A stretch of DNA of 40,421 nucleotides from a virus (IMGVR_UViG_3300010376_000069:1-40421); one strand, 5' to 3'. Positions 18,951 through 29,294 are shown, counted from the first letter of the stretch. Notes: generated from the sequence alone by a model not told the origin. Program-made: numbers and translations.

Positions 18951-20339
18951 ATGCCCCGCCTGAATCCGCCCGACGTTCCAGGTAGCCCTTACGCCCAGAA
19001 CCAGGCCCCGGTCCAGAATCCTTCTGGTGTCCAGGCAGCCAATGTAGCGAAAACCCTGATGAATATTCCGGGTGTTGGTCCCTGCCCTTATTACTGGGGC
19101 GGCAATATGCCCCCGCCTCAGGGACCGGGTCTTGACTGCTCCGGTCTCATGATCTACTGCTACAACACCGGTCCTGGTGCGCCTGGTCTTGCTCTCGGTG
19201 GGCGCACAGTGGCAGATTTCTGGAACAGCGGGTACAACACCATCATTGTTGACCAACAGGTCGACAACATCGCAACGTCGGCGGATCTGCAAAAGAAACT
19301 CATGGTCGGAGATCTGATCGTCTTCGGCCCCCCTGGTATCAGTGGCTCCCAGGGACACGTCTGCATGTACGTCGGGGGTGGGCAGGTCATAGAGGAGACC
19401 GGCCCGAATGGAGCGCCGATAGTTCAGCAGGCCCTATACGCACCTGGAGGAGCGAGTTCTTCGGATCCTTTCCTGGGAGTCCTACGTCCTAGTGGTGGGC
19501 CTGGGGCTGCCGGTACTGGTGGTGACTCGGGTCAGGGATCTGGTAATGCCCAGAGCACGACAGGAGCGGTCTGGCAGCAGGAGGCGGCTGCTCAGCAGGC
19601 CATCATCAACACGTTCCCTGATCCACGGGACAACCTTCCGTTCTCCAAGTACTTCCAGACGATGCACATGCAACCAGGCAACAAGCTGGTGCGCGGCGGG
19701 ATCATTGACCTGACCACCAAGAGGTTCCGCTGCTACTTCATGATGAACCCACAGCAGATCTCGATGGGTTCCAACATCGATACCACGAACCTCACCTCGC
19801 CGCTGCAACAAGACCCTACGGTCCTACAGAACGGCAGCTACTGGGTCACCAACCAGACTGTCAGCTTCACCGTCTATTTCAACCGCATGTACGAGGTGTG
19901 GCAGGGCAACGTGCCCGGTCCTTCCGACATCGGCTGCCGCTGGGACATCCGTGCCCTGGAACGTCTGATAGGCATCTTTGACGCCCAGGCCAAGGCGTCG
20001 GTCGGTGTCGGTAACTACGGGGCCGGTGGGTATCCGCCCATGACTTACCCGCTCCAGGTGGTCTTCGGCGGGGCGAACTCCTACCAGTTCCAGGGCGTGA
20101 TCTCACAGTTCGACTACGTCTACACCCTCTTTGACAGGAACATGATCCCTATCGAGGCGTATGCCGACATCGGGATCATGCGGATCTATCAGCCCGACAT
20201 GTCCAGTCCGGATCTTGTCAACAGCCTTCCGATGACAGCAGCGACGGCGGGACAGTACCTGTCGAGTACCCAGGGTGCCACTGGGCCTCGTAGCGCTGCC
20301 ACCCAGCAGTTCAATCTGAAGAAGGGCACCGGTTCGTAA
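18951..20339 (+). CDS. NlpC/P60 peptidase fused to tube-initiator/baseplate domain
   Basis: PYYWGG, GLDCSGL, GDLIVF, GHVCMYVGGG; C-terminal FMMNPQQI, FTVYFNR, FQGVISQFDYVYTLFDRNMIP. Confidence 0.85.
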   Translation: MPRLNPPDVPGSPYAQNQAPVQNPSGVQAANVAKTLMNIPGVGPCPYYWGGNMPPPQGPGLDCSGLMIYCYNTGPGAPGLALGGRTVADFWNSGYNTIIVDQQVDNIATSADLQKKLMVGDLIVFGPPGISGSQGHVCMYVGGGQVIEETGPNGAPIVQQALYAPGGASSSDPFLGVLRPSGGPGAAGTGGDSGQGSGNAQSTTGAVWQQEAAAQQAIINTFPDPRDNLPFSKYFQTMHMQPGNKLVRGGIIDLTTKRFRCYFMMNPQQISMGSNIDTTNLTSPLQQDPTVLQNGSYWVTNQTVSFTVYFNRMYEVWQGNVPGPSDIGCRWDIRALERLIGIFDAQAKASVGVGNYGAGGYPPMTYPLQVVFGGANSYQFQGVISQFDYVYTLFDRNMIPIEAYADIGIMRIYQPDMSSPDLVNSLPMTAATAGQYLSSTQGATGPRSAATQQFNLKKGTGS

Positions 20340-20620
20340 TGGGGTTCAACACCTTCTCGCGCTACTTTGGTCAGCCGGTAGTGATGGTGCCCACTGACAC
20401 CGCAGGCGACATGACCAAGACGGTGTTCGGCCCTCCCCCGACCGGCCCAGTGAACTTCGCTTACTACACCGTGGTGGCTGGTGACCGCTTCGACACCATC
20501 TCCTTCAAGGTCTACGGGGATCCCGGCTTCTGGTGGAAGATCGCCAATGCCAATCCGGAGATCTTCTATCCCGACTACCTCGTGACCGGGGCCATCATCA
20601 GGATCCCGACGTCGTCATGA
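20339..20620 (+). CDS. LysM-like baseplate (tail X-like) protein
   Basis: YTVVAGDRFDTISFKVYGDPGFWWKIANANP...GAIIRIP. Confidence 0.88.
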   Translation: MGFNTFSRYFGQPVVMVPTDTAGDMTKTVFGPPPTGPVNFAYYTVVAGDRFDTISFKVYGDPGFWWKIANANPEIFYPDYLVTGAIIRIPTSS

Positions 20621-21807
20621 CCGTCAGTGCCATTGCCAACACGATCTTTGACCCTGGTGGTCTCAGGGCCAGGAAGCAGGTCAACACCGTGAAGGTGATG
20701 ATGACTGAGGGGATGCATGACACCGCCATCATCAGACTTCGCGGTGAGCGCACTGACCTGCCGGAGCTACAGCCTGGCACCCCGGTGCAGATGCAATACG
20801 GGTGGAATCCCTCTGACACCGACTGGTTCTACGGATATGTCGACCATGTGGAGACCTGCTACCACCGCTCCCTCCCAGATCAGTCCTCCTTTGAGGATGT
20901 GGTCTGCATGGGAACGAGCTACGCCTTGAAGGATCCCTTCACCGGGGCCTGGAGCCAGGTGCAGGCATCGACTCTGGCCCAGCTTGTGGCGAGTACATAC
21001 TTCCTGGGGTCAGTGATCGAGAACGACGACTACTTCTGGCCTCAACTGTCCAATCCTGGGATTTCGGCCTGGCAGTTCCTCATCCAGCTTGCCAACAAGA
21101 ACGGCTACACCCTGGCCGTCAACAAGACACTGCTGCGCTTCATGTCGGTCGACGTGGCTGTGCGCGCCTATGGCCCGAACATGCCGGTGTTCAAGACACG
21201 CAACACCGCCCCCAGTGTGGCCTTCCAGGGCATCAGCGAGTTCCACGCCGTGACTGGTGAGTCCTTCACCACCCCCGGTGCTACTAGCGCTGTTCGCACT
21301 GTCTCAGGCATGGACGTGCATAGCGGCACCATCGTTGGAGCCATCAACGATGGCAACGAGACCACCATCTTGGGGAGCACATCGGTCTACCCCTTCTTCA
21401 GTCAACAGGTCTCGGATCAAGTGGTTATCAGCCAGGGCACGGCCCAGAACACCCTGGCTGGTCTGGCCGAAGCCAACCGGTTCAACTATCAGGCCACCGC
21501 CACGCTCGTTGGAAAGACATCGGTCCACCAGGGCACGCCCATCGTGCTCAACGGGATCGACTCGGTCAACGACGGGGTGTGGTGGGTGCAGGAAGTGATT
21601 CACAAGATTTCGACGGTGGGTTACTCCATGGACGTGACCCTGGGCCGCGACTCCAAGGGTGACAGTGGCATGCGCCCGATCAATGGCACGGCGGTGGGCT
21701 TCGCTCCGAGTAACCCACTGGCCTACACCGTCGTCAATGCTCCCCCGACCAAGCTCGTCAACAATCGCTGGCGCGCCTCTCATCAGTTCAATGTCAACGT
21801 CAGTTAA
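20617..21807 (+). CDS. Baseplate hub protein (gp27/VgrG-N-like)
   Basis: ATG 20617 (ATGA overlap); [42 protein letters not shown]. Confidence 0.82.
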   Translation: MTVSAIANTIFDPGGLRARKQVNTVKVMMTEGMHDTAIIRLRGERTDLPELQPGTPVQMQYGWNPSDTDWFYGYVDHVETCYHRSLPDQSSFEDVVCMGTSYALKDPFTGAWSQVQASTLAQLVASTYFLGSVIENDDYFWPQLSNPGISAWQFLIQLANKNGYTLAVNKTLLRFMSVDVAVRAYGPNMPVFKTRNTAPSVAFQGISEFHAVTGESFTTPGATSAVRTVSGMDVHSGTIVGAINDGNETTILGSTSVYPFFSQQVSDQVVISQGTAQNTLAGLAEANRFNYQATATLVGKTSVHQGTPIVLNGIDSVNDGVWWVQEVIHKISTVGYSMDVTLGRDSKGDSGMRPINGTAVGFAPSNPLAYTVVNAPPTKLVNNRWRASHQFNVNVS

Positions 21808-23518
21808 CCCCCAGCACCAGACCGTAACGCTCTTCCCTGGCGTCTACCCGGCCAAGGTCTACGCCAACAACGACCCGCTCGTTCAGAAGCGGATCCAGAT
21901 GTACATCCCCCAGATCTTCGGCCTCATCCCGGTCAAGATCTGGGCACCTCCGATCTCCATGCCCCCAGCGGTACCGGCAGTCGGCACTGTGGTCTGGTGC
22001 ATCTTCCATGGTGGTGACCCGTCCCATCCCACGTATCTCCCGCCGACGACCGGTGGTGGTGCCCAAGGCCCGCAGGGACCGCCAGGTGTTCAGGGTCCAC
22101 CAGGACTCCAGGGACCACCGGGAGCGACAGGAGCTACGGGTGCGACTGGGAACCAGGGTCCGATAGGCCCCACAGGCCCCTCAGGAGGCCCTCCTGGGCC
22201 TACAGGAGCCACTGGGAACACTGGAGCGGCAGGACCGACCGGCCCCCAGGGAATACAGGGCATCGCTGGCCCTACTGGTGCTCAGGGAGCGACAGGGGCG
22301 ACGGGAGCAACAGGGGCGACGGGTGCCTTCGGTGGACCGACCGGCCCCACTGGTCCGATGGGACCGCCAGGGCTGACCTACATCCAGCGGATCAGCGGCC
22401 CGGTGCTGGGGACCACCTACACCATCGCTCACAACCTGAACACGTCTGTGCCTCTCGTGCAGCTATGGGACGCGGTGACAGGTCAGATGATCCAGGGTGA
22501 GGTCACTATCCTTGACGCCAATGATGTCCAGGTGTCCTTCACCGCGACGCCCCCTCATGACGTCAACGTGGTGGTCACTGGCGGGGCTTCTGGTTTGCCC
22601 GGACCCACCGGCCCAGCCGGTCCCACCGGGCCTCAGGGTATAGCTGGTCCCACCGGGCCGACTGGTCCCACCGGGCTGACTGGGCCGACAGGTGCTGCCT
22701 CGACAATCCCTGGCCCCACCGGCCCCACTGGCCCGACTGGTGCCCAGGGATCAAGCGTCAAGATTCTTGGCACCGTCCCCAATGCCGCCAGTCTTCCTCC
22801 GGTCACTACACCAGGGCTGAATGCTGGCGACGGCTACATCACTGCTGACACCGGGCACCTGTGGGTCTTCAGCCCTACCCCGACGCCGCAGTGGACTGAT
22901 GTTGGTCAGATCACTGGCCCCACTGGGCCGACCGGCCCTGCTGGAGCTACGGGAGCAGCCGGTGTCACAGGTTCGACTGGTCCCATTGGACCTACTGGAC
23001 CCACTGGCGCTACCGGTGCCGCAGGTATCTCCAACATCCCCGGACCTACTGGGCCGACCGGCCCTCCGGGTATCGCTTACCACCAGTTGTTGACCAACCC
23101 AACAGTGGCGGGATCGCCCTACACCATCACTCACAATCTGAACTCGCTCTATCCCCTGGTGCAGCTATGGGATGCCACCAACGGCCAGATGCTCGCGGCC
23201 GAGATAGCGATAGTGGACAACAACGACGTGACGGTCTCGTTCACGGCCACGCCCCCGCACAGTGTCAACGTGGTGGTGGGTGCAGGAGTGGGGGCCGGAG
23301 GAGCAACAGGAGCAGCACAGACCTTGGCCTACCAATACACACAAGCCAATGCAGCCACTGTCTGGACGATCACTCACAACCTTTCCTTCATGCCCAACGT
23401 CACCGTGGTCGACTCGACGGGGCGCGAGATCTGGCCGGGAGACGTCCAGTATCCCAACGCCACCACCGTGCAACTGACCTTCTCCGCTGCCGTAGGCGGC
23501 TTCGCGTATCTGAGTTAG
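21791..23518 (+). CDS. Spike/gp5 OB-fold fused to collagen tracts and three THNL beta modules
   Basis: GVYPAKV..NNDP...[28 protein letters not shown] followed by GPT/GAT-rich Gly-X-Y. Confidence 0.82.
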   Translation: MSTSVNPQHQTVTLFPGVYPAKVYANNDPLVQKRIQMYIPQIFGLIPVKIWAPPISMPPAVPAVGTVVWCIFHGGDPSHPTYLPPTTGGGAQGPQGPPGVQGPPGLQGPPGATGATGATGNQGPIGPTGPSGGPPGPTGATGNTGAAGPTGPQGIQGIAGPTGAQGATGATGATGATGAFGGPTGPTGPMGPPGLTYIQRISGPVLGTTYTIAHNLNTSVPLVQLWDAVTGQMIQGEVTILDANDVQVSFTATPPHDVNVVVTGGASGLPGPTGPAGPTGPQGIAGPTGPTGPTGLTGPTGAASTIPGPTGPTGPTGAQGSSVKILGTVPNAASLPPVTTPGLNAGDGYITADTGHLWVFSPTPTPQWTDVGQITGPTGPTGPAGATGAAGVTGSTGPIGPTGPTGATGAAGISNIPGPTGPTGPPGIAYHQLLTNPTVAGSPYTITHNLNSLYPLVQLWDATNGQMLAAEIAIVDNNDVTVSFTATPPHSVNVVVGAGVGAGGATGAAQTLAYQYTQANAATVWTITHNLSFMPNVTVVDSTGREIWPGDVQYPNATTVQLTFSAAVGGFAYLS

Positions 23519-23527
23519 GAGACTGCC

Positions 23528-24952
23528 ATGCCCGCCTTCTACGGAGCCGTCGACCTAGTCCAGAACGAGCTTCGCAATGCCATCATGCAGAACCTGGGGT
23601 CAGCCCCAGCGACGCCCCTCAAGGGGCAGATCTATTTCAACTCGTCGTCCAACACCCTCTTCTGGTACAACGGCACCGCCTGGGTGAGTGCAGCGGGGGC
23701 AGCGGCATCGGCCACGGTCACCACCCTGGCAATCGGAGGCGCAGCGGCAGCCGGTTCAGCGGGCACCTTCAGCCAGGGCGACCACTCCCATGGGATGCCA
23801 GGCTTCGGAGCGACGGTCACTACCGAGACTGCCTTCGGTCAAGCGAGTGCCGTCGGTAGCGCTGCCACAGTCGCTCACTCCGACCATACTCACGGCACTC
23901 CAGCGGCTCCTGCGGTTCCTCCCAACCCAGCCACCACGGTCACCACCCAGGCGGTCGGTGACGCCCCGACAGTCGGCACACTGGTCACGTTCGCTCGTGA
24001 GGATCATAAGCACGGGCGTGAGGCTTTCGCCGCCACCGTCACTGCTGCGACTTCGTTCGGTCTGGCGAGCGCCATTGGTTCAGCCCTCACTCTTGCCCAC
24101 GCTGACCATACGCATGGTACGCCGGTCCTACCCACGCTGGACGCCATACCTGCACCCGTGGCGAATGTCTCCATGAATGGTCTGAAGATCACCAGCTTGG
24201 CTGACCCCACTCTGGCTTCGGACGCAGCCACCAAGAACTACGTGGACGGTGCCCTTCAGGGCCTGTCCTGGAAGGCCCCTTGTCGCGTTGGTACGACGGC
24301 CAACATCACCCTGTCGGGCACGCAGACCATCGATGGCGTGGCGGTGGTAGCTGGTGACCGGGTGCTGGTCAAGAACCAGACCACAGCCTCTGGCAACGGT
24401 ATCTATGTGGTGGCTGCTGCCGCCTGGGCCAGATCAGCGGACTCCACCACGGGTGCCCAGATCGAGAACGAGGCCACCTACATAGACCAGGGCACCACTC
24501 TGGCGGGCACGGGATGGACATGTACCACCCAGATGCCCATCACCCCTGGCACCACCTCGCTGACTTACGTCCAGTTCTCCGGGGCAGGCACCTACAGCGC
24601 TGGCAACGGTCTCACTCTGACTGGCAATGTCTTCGCGGTCGGTGCTGGCACCGGCATTCTCTCGACACCGGGCCAGGTGGCCGTGGACACCACGGTGATC
24701 GCCACGGTGGCATCGGTCAATACTGCCGTGGCTGGCATGGTCAAGAAGTACGCCGGAGCGCTCAATGGCTCAGCCTCACCGGAGACCATCACCCACAACC
24801 TGAACACCCAGGACATCACGGTCATGGTTCACAACAGCGCATCGCCCTTCCAGTTCATCCAGGTGGACTGGGCCGCGCTGACGGTCAACACCGTACAGAT
24901 CACCTACAACCCCGCTCTGGGGACCGGATGGAGAGTGGTGGTGATGGGCTAG
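23528..24952 (+). CDS. Fibre/decoration protein with four DHxHG repeats
   Basis: GQIYFNS, DHSHG/DHTHG/DHKHG/DHTHG, DAATKNYVD, WKAPCRVGTTANITLSGTQTIDG..GDRVLVKNQ..NGIY, terminal THNL module. Confidence 0.8.
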   Translation: MPAFYGAVDLVQNELRNAIMQNLGSAPATPLKGQIYFNSSSNTLFWYNGTAWVSAAGAAASATVTTLAIGGAAAAGSAGTFSQGDHSHGMPGFGATVTTETAFGQASAVGSAATVAHSDHTHGTPAAPAVPPNPATTVTTQAVGDAPTVGTLVTFAREDHKHGREAFAATVTAATSFGLASAIGSALTLAHADHTHGTPVLPTLDAIPAPVANVSMNGLKITSLADPTLASDAATKNYVDGALQGLSWKAPCRVGTTANITLSGTQTIDGVAVVAGDRVLVKNQTTASGNGIYVVAAAAWARSADSTTGAQIENEATYIDQGTTLAGTGWTCTTQMPITPGTTSLTYVQFSGAGTYSAGNGLTLTGNVFAVGAGTGILSTPGQVAVDTTVIATVASVNTAVAGMVKKYAGALNGSASPETITHNLNTQDITVMVHNSASPFQFIQVDWAALTVNTVQITYNPALGTGWRVVVMG

Positions 24953-25980
24953 TGCCTCGTAGCTATGGGATCACCAACGCGGCCCCCTGGGCCAGCGCCC
25001 CGGCAGTTGGTGCTGCGGGGGACATGTACTACAACACCGCCAGCAAGACCTTCTGGATCTCGGACGGCACCCAGTGGAACCAGATCCAAGGCTCGGGTGG
25101 AGGCGGTGGCCCTGCCTATGCGGACGTGTCAGCGACCGCCCCTAACCCCAATGCCCCGGTCATCACGCCTCCTGAGGGCCTGATCTGGATCGACACCAGC
25201 ACCAACCCAAGTTGGGCGGCTTACACCATCACTGGTCCCACCGGGCCAGCCGGGGTGACCGGCCCGACCGGCGCAGCAGGGGCAGCCGGTTCGACCTTTC
25301 AGGTCATCACGATCTCTGCTACCACCACCCTGCCCAGTGCGGTCAACACCGAGTATGTCGTCAAGTGCATCGGCACGCTGTCGGTAAACCTGCCCCCGGC
25401 ACCGGGCAATCTGAGCATGTACACCATCGTGAATGCCAGCACGGGTGCAGTGACGCTGGTTCCTAACGGTGGTGACGTCATCAACGGCTTCGCCTCAGGC
25501 TGGGTGCTCCAGTCCCAGTACGACAGCATCACCATCATTTCTGATGGAGCCAACTGGATGGTGCTGGACTTAAACTTCCAGCCCACCTACATCGGTCTGC
25601 CCACTGCGGCAGGTACGACCAGTGGGACAACGTCATACACCATTGGTACGGCCACCATACCTAATGCTCCATACGGTCGGGTGATTCGTGTTGATGTGCT
25701 TTTATCAGGTGGACCGTTCTCAGTAGCAACCGACGTATTCCAGCTTACTTTTTCGACCACTTGGAACGTCGCCCAGAACCTGCCAGGAGGTTGGAAGATC
25801 GCACGGTTTGCAACCAATACACCGGTCACATTTTCCAGCCAGTACTTCTATCCCGCCAATACTGGATCCGACACCGCCACTTGGTCGGTTGTGCGTTACT
25901 CCGGAACAGGAACGCTGAATATACCCACAGGTGACGGTAGGTTTTACTACTGCAACCTCGACATACAACCGGTGATCTGA
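24952..25980 (+). CDS. Tail fibre / receptor-binding protein
   Basis: GTG 24952 overlapping the previous stop; GDMYYNT, short collagen, VNLPPA..SDGANW domain, lower-GC tip. Confidence 0.75.
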   Translation: MPRSYGITNAAPWASAPAVGAAGDMYYNTASKTFWISDGTQWNQIQGSGGGGGPAYADVSATAPNPNAPVITPPEGLIWIDTSTNPSWAAYTITGPTGPAGVTGPTGAAGAAGSTFQVITISATTTLPSAVNTEYVVKCIGTLSVNLPPAPGNLSMYTIVNASTGAVTLVPNGGDVINGFASGWVLQSQYDSITIISDGANWMVLDLNFQPTYIGLPTAAGTTSGTTSYTIGTATIPNAPYGRVIRVDVLLSGGPFSVATDVFQLTFSTTWNVAQNLPGGWKIARFATNTPVTFSSQYFYPANTGSDTATWSVVRYSGTGTLNIPTGDGRFYYCNLDIQPVI

Positions 25981-27194
25981 TGCCAGTCCTCCGCTACTAC
26001 GACACCACCCAGGCTGGCTACATTGCCTTGCCGGGACTGCCTGGACCCATCGGCCCGACCGGTCCCACCGGTCCTGGGGTCATGTACCCAATCTCGGCCT
26101 ACGTCACCCTGACCGCTCCAACGGTGGCCTCGTCGCCCTACACGGTGACGCACAACCTCAACACCACCACTCCCATCGTGGAGATCTGGGACACCGTCAC
26201 CAACAACTTGGTGACCGCCCAGGTTCACGTCGTGGATGCCAACCACGTACAGGTCAGCGTGTCGGAGAACATGCCGAACAACGTCAACGTGGTGGTGATG
26301 GGTGCGCCGTCCTCCCCGGCCCCAGTCGCTCCCGGTGACATCGTCACCAAGAGCTACCTCAACAGCGTCATGTACAACCTGGCGGTCTATCAGACGCTGA
26401 GCGCTCCCACGGTGGCCTCCTCGCCTTACACCGTCACCCACAACCTCAACACCACAACGCCCTTCGTGCAGATCTGGGACGCGGTGACTGGCAACTTGGT
26501 GGAGGCCCAGGTACACGTCCTCGACGCCAACCATGTGCAGATCAGTGTCGCCACCAACATGCCCAACAACGTGAACGTGGTGGTCATGGGAGTGGGCCAG
26601 GCCCCGGCTCCCAACGTCGCCAGTGACTGGGTCAACAAGGCATACGTGGACGCCCGCACCCCCAACCTTCCGCCCCCTATCAACTCCGGCTCGGGAATCC
26701 AGTCCTTCACCGATGTCCTTGGTGATGTATGGATAGCGGCGAACGGGGTCTACAACGGGAACTGGAAACGGGCGCGGGATGTGTTGTGCTCTCGTGTCTA
26801 CCGTGCTGCTGGATTCAGTGCCTGGCCTACCACCCAAGCCGTTTATGGTTGGGACACAGTTAGCTTTGACCCTTATTCGTTCTACACGATGGGTGGGTCT
26901 ACCTGGACGATCCCTGTAACTGGTAGGTACCGAATCTATGCACAGGCCCCTGGTATCGCGACTGCGGTTGGTCAACAGGGAACCCTCTATCTCTACAACG
27001 GTGCGACCGTTATTTGCGAAGGTTGGTCCGCTGCGGGAAGCACCACGAACTGGACATTGGCCTCGCTACTAGACGAAGAACTGTTGACTGCTGGTTCGCA
27101 ACTTCTCATTAAGTTCGCCGCTGCGGCCGCGTGGACTGCTGCGGTTGGGAACTGGGCTGCCTTCTGCGTATTTGAATACATGGGAACGGGGTGA
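25980..27194 (+). CDS. Tail fibre / receptor-binding protein with duplicated THNL module and C1q-like tip
   Basis: Short collagen, two near-identical ~65 aa modules, WTIPVTGRYRI jelly-roll-like tip. Confidence 0.75.
   Translation: MPVLRYYDTTQAGYIALPGLPGPIGPTGPTGPGVMYPISAYVTLTAPTVASSPYTVTHNLNTTTPIVEIWDTVTNNLVTAQVHVVDANHVQVSVSENMPNNVNVVVMGAPSSPAPVAPGDIVTKSYLNSVMYNLAVYQTLSAPTVASSPYTVTHNLNTTTPFVQIWDAVTGNLVEAQVHVLDANHVQISVATNMPNNVNVVVMGVGQAPAPNVASDWVNKAYVDARTPNLPPPINSGSGIQSFTDVLGDVWIAANGVYNGNWKRARDVLCSRVYRAAGFSAWPTTQAVYGWDTVSFDPYSFYTMGGSTWTIPVTGRYRIYAQAPGIATAVGQQGTLYLYNGATVICEGWSAAGSTTNWTLASLLDEELLTAGSQLLIKFAAAAAWTAAVGNWAAFCVFEYMGTG
26110..26591 (+). repeat. Intragenic duplication (about 26110-26303 and 26398-26591)
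   Basis: APTVASSPYTVTHNLNTTTP...MPNNVNVVVMG encoded twice with clear nucleotide similarity. Confidence 0.85.
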
Positions 27195-27197
27195 CGT

Positions 27198-27875
27198 ATG
27201 AGCATTGTCCACTTTGAGTTACCCGACACCGACCGGGGCACACTGGGGGCAGCGGTCGACCTCAACACGGTCAACTACCCAGGCAACTACTACTGCGCTG
27301 GCTCTGGCAGCAACCCCAACAGTCCGCCCTTGCCGACAGGACCGTTCATTCTGGAGGTGCAGTCAGTAGGGAGCTACGCCTATGTCCAGCAGCGGGCTAC
27401 CTGCATCGCTCAGCCCACGTCCTTCGCGGTCAGAGAGTACAGCGCTACTGCTTGGTCAGCTTGGCAGTACAGTACGCCTTCAGGGGCGATCATCCAGCGG
27501 AAGATAGGCCAGAGGAGCGTGACCGCCAGTGTTACTGGTGTCGTAACGAATCAGGTCTGGTTTAACTACGGCCTCACCAAGCAGCGTAGCGATTCCGTTA
27601 TGACTGTCGAGGCAGTCTCATCGTTCTATGTGTCCGTGGCCCCAGACACCGTGACTTATAACGTGGGGTACCAGTCCGGTGTCTACACCACACTTGGTCT
27701 GTTCACCATGAACAACGCTAACGAACACCACTCATGGGGTGGGATGTGCAATATTGGTGGGTCCGGAGCCGTTGGTTCCGTCACTATCACCTTTGCACTC
27801 TCTAAGACGGGCAGTGGGGTCTGGTACTTCAGCGGTGACTATATGTCTTGGGCAGTCAGCGAGGTGATGCCATGA
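27198..27875 (+). CDS. Fibre protein with knob-like N-terminal domain
   Basis: DLNTVNYPGNYYC..PNSP..FILEV..YVQQRA..WSAW pattern resembling phage/pyocin fibre knobs. Confidence 0.7.
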   Translation: MSIVHFELPDTDRGTLGAAVDLNTVNYPGNYYCAGSGSNPNSPPLPTGPFILEVQSVGSYAYVQQRATCIAQPTSFAVREYSATAWSAWQYSTPSGAIIQRKIGQRSVTASVTGVVTNQVWFNYGLTKQRSDSVMTVEAVSSFYVSVAPDTVTYNVGYQSGVYTTLGLFTMNNANEHHSWGGMCNIGGSGAVGSVTITFALSKTGSGVWYFSGDYMSWAVSEVMP

Positions 27876-28441
27876 CCCTCATCAACTACACCGACCCTGT
27901 CCCCATCCCTGCCCCTCTCACCAGTGGGTCGGGTATCCAGACCTACACCGATCCGACCGGTGAGTTGTGGGTGGCAGCTAACGGTGTGAATGGGGGGGTA
28001 TACAGGCGGGCGAGGGACGTAATGCACGCTAAGTGGTATCGGAATGCTGGCTATAACACCGCCACGGCTCTACAGGCATTCAACTGGGATGCGATGGTAA
28101 GTGATCCGTACTCACTATTCCAAGGGTCGGGTAGCAGTTATATCAACCTCCCCTTCGCCGCTTGGTGGCGTATCTGTATGCATATCTCAGTGGCTGCAAC
28201 CGCAGTAGGACAGATTGTGACTGCCAGTCTGATAGCCCCCACCGTTGGAGGAAACCTTGCCTATGCGACAGCACACGCTGGAGCGGCTGGCAACGTAAGC
28301 CCCACAGCCGACACCGTTTTTATTACTTCGGCTGCTGCACAGATCCAAACCCAATATGCAGGTTCGGTTGTTCTTGCCGGGTATATGGCTCAAGGAGGCG
28401 CAGGTAACTTCTGCACGGTCGACTTCGTTGGTACTGGATAG
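27872..28441 (+). CDS. Stand-alone receptor-binding tip, paralog of the C-terminal half of 25980..27194
   Basis: ATG 27872 after GAGGTG; shared SGSGIQ..TD..G..W.AANGV..G...RARDV segment and FC....GTG end. Confidence 0.78.
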   Translation: MTLINYTDPVPIPAPLTSGSGIQTYTDPTGELWVAANGVNGGVYRRARDVMHAKWYRNAGYNTATALQAFNWDAMVSDPYSLFQGSGSSYINLPFAAWWRICMHISVAATAVGQIVTASLIAPTVGGNLAYATAHAGAAGNVSPTADTVFITSAAAQIQTQYAGSVVLAGYMAQGGAGNFCTVDFVGTG

Positions 28442-28450
28442 GCTTTTATT

Positions 28451-28792
28451 GTGATCGACGGCCCGCGCCCTGTGCGCTTGCAAAATAGTGGGGACATCTA
28501 CCGGGAACTCGGCCCCAACTATTCCAGCCAGGAGCTACTGACCACGGCTGCCCTGCGGACGGCACTGATCCCTGGTGATGAGATCGTGGCTGAAGTGCGT
28601 CCCCCCATCGCCACCCTGGGCGACAGCTTCCCGCCCCGGTACGGCTACATGGACTACCAGGAGCGCCAGCCCTCCATCACCCAGGTGCTCGACGTCGACC
28701 GCAGCTACCCCAACCAGCGGTGGGACTTGTCCGGGGGGGTCGCTGGCTGGCAGGGCGCAGCGCGTAACGTAGGCGTGGAGGACGTCTGGTAG
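28451..28792 (+). CDS. Hypothetical protein (113 aa)
   Basis: Phage-typical codon bias, collinear with neighbours. Confidence 0.65.
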   Translation: MIDGPRPVRLQNSGDIYRELGPNYSSQELLTTAALRTALIPGDEIVAEVRPPIATLGDSFPPRYGYMDYQERQPSITQVLDVDRSYPNQRWDLSGGVAGWQGAARNVGVEDVW

Positions 28793-28805
28793 GAGGTGAT
28801 TTTTC

Positions 28806-29294
28806 GTGGCTCGTGGTGTACCCACTGACATCGGACCCATCGGCAGCTTGGCTCCCCCAGCCGCTAATCCGCACGGGCGGATCGTCGGACTCATCCCGGC
28901 CCTCAAGACCCTTGGTGTCGTCGGCACGGTCGGTGGTGCCCTGGCGGGGGCAACCATCGCCAGGCATGGGGCCAAGGACTACAACGACGAGGAGACCTTC
29001 GACATCAAGGGTCAGGCGGGCGGCAGGCTTGTCCAGATGGGTGGTTCCAGGCCCTGGAGGCCTGCTCAGGCGGCATCTCATGCCACCCATGGTGACGAGG
29101 ATCCCTTCGCCAGTCCGGAGGAGGAAAGGGCGGCGTTTGAGCACGCCAGGAAGATGGGCAAGGCAAACCGCTCCTTCTATCACGAGATCATAGGCACCCC
29201 GAAGCATCGGCCCATCAAGGAGGATCCGTTCGGCCTGGGTGTGCCGTCCCACAAGCCCATGGATACCTCCGACCTGAGAAACTGGACGCCCTAG
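28806..29294 (+). CDS. Hypothetical protein with Gly/Ala-rich hydrophobic segment
   Basis: SD AGGAGGTG; LGVVGTVGGALAGATIA. Confidence 0.65.
   Translation: MARGVPTDIGPIGSLAPPAANPHGRIVGLIPALKTLGVVGTVGGALAGATIARHGAKDYNDEETFDIKGQAGGRLVQMGGSRPWRPAQAASHATHGDEDPFASPEEERAAFEHARKMGKANRSFYHEIIGTPKHRPIKEDPFGLGVPSHKPMDTSDLRNWTP

Noticed and set aside
22060-23070. Short tandem DNA repeats resembling a CRISPR array or VNTR
   Set aside because: They are 9-nt-period Gly-X-Y collagen codons with synonymous variation; there is no repeat-spacer pattern.
25980-28441. Diversity-generating retroelement or shufflon
   Set aside because: No reverse transcriptase or invertase, no adenine-specific template/variable repeat pair, and no inverted cassettes in the window.
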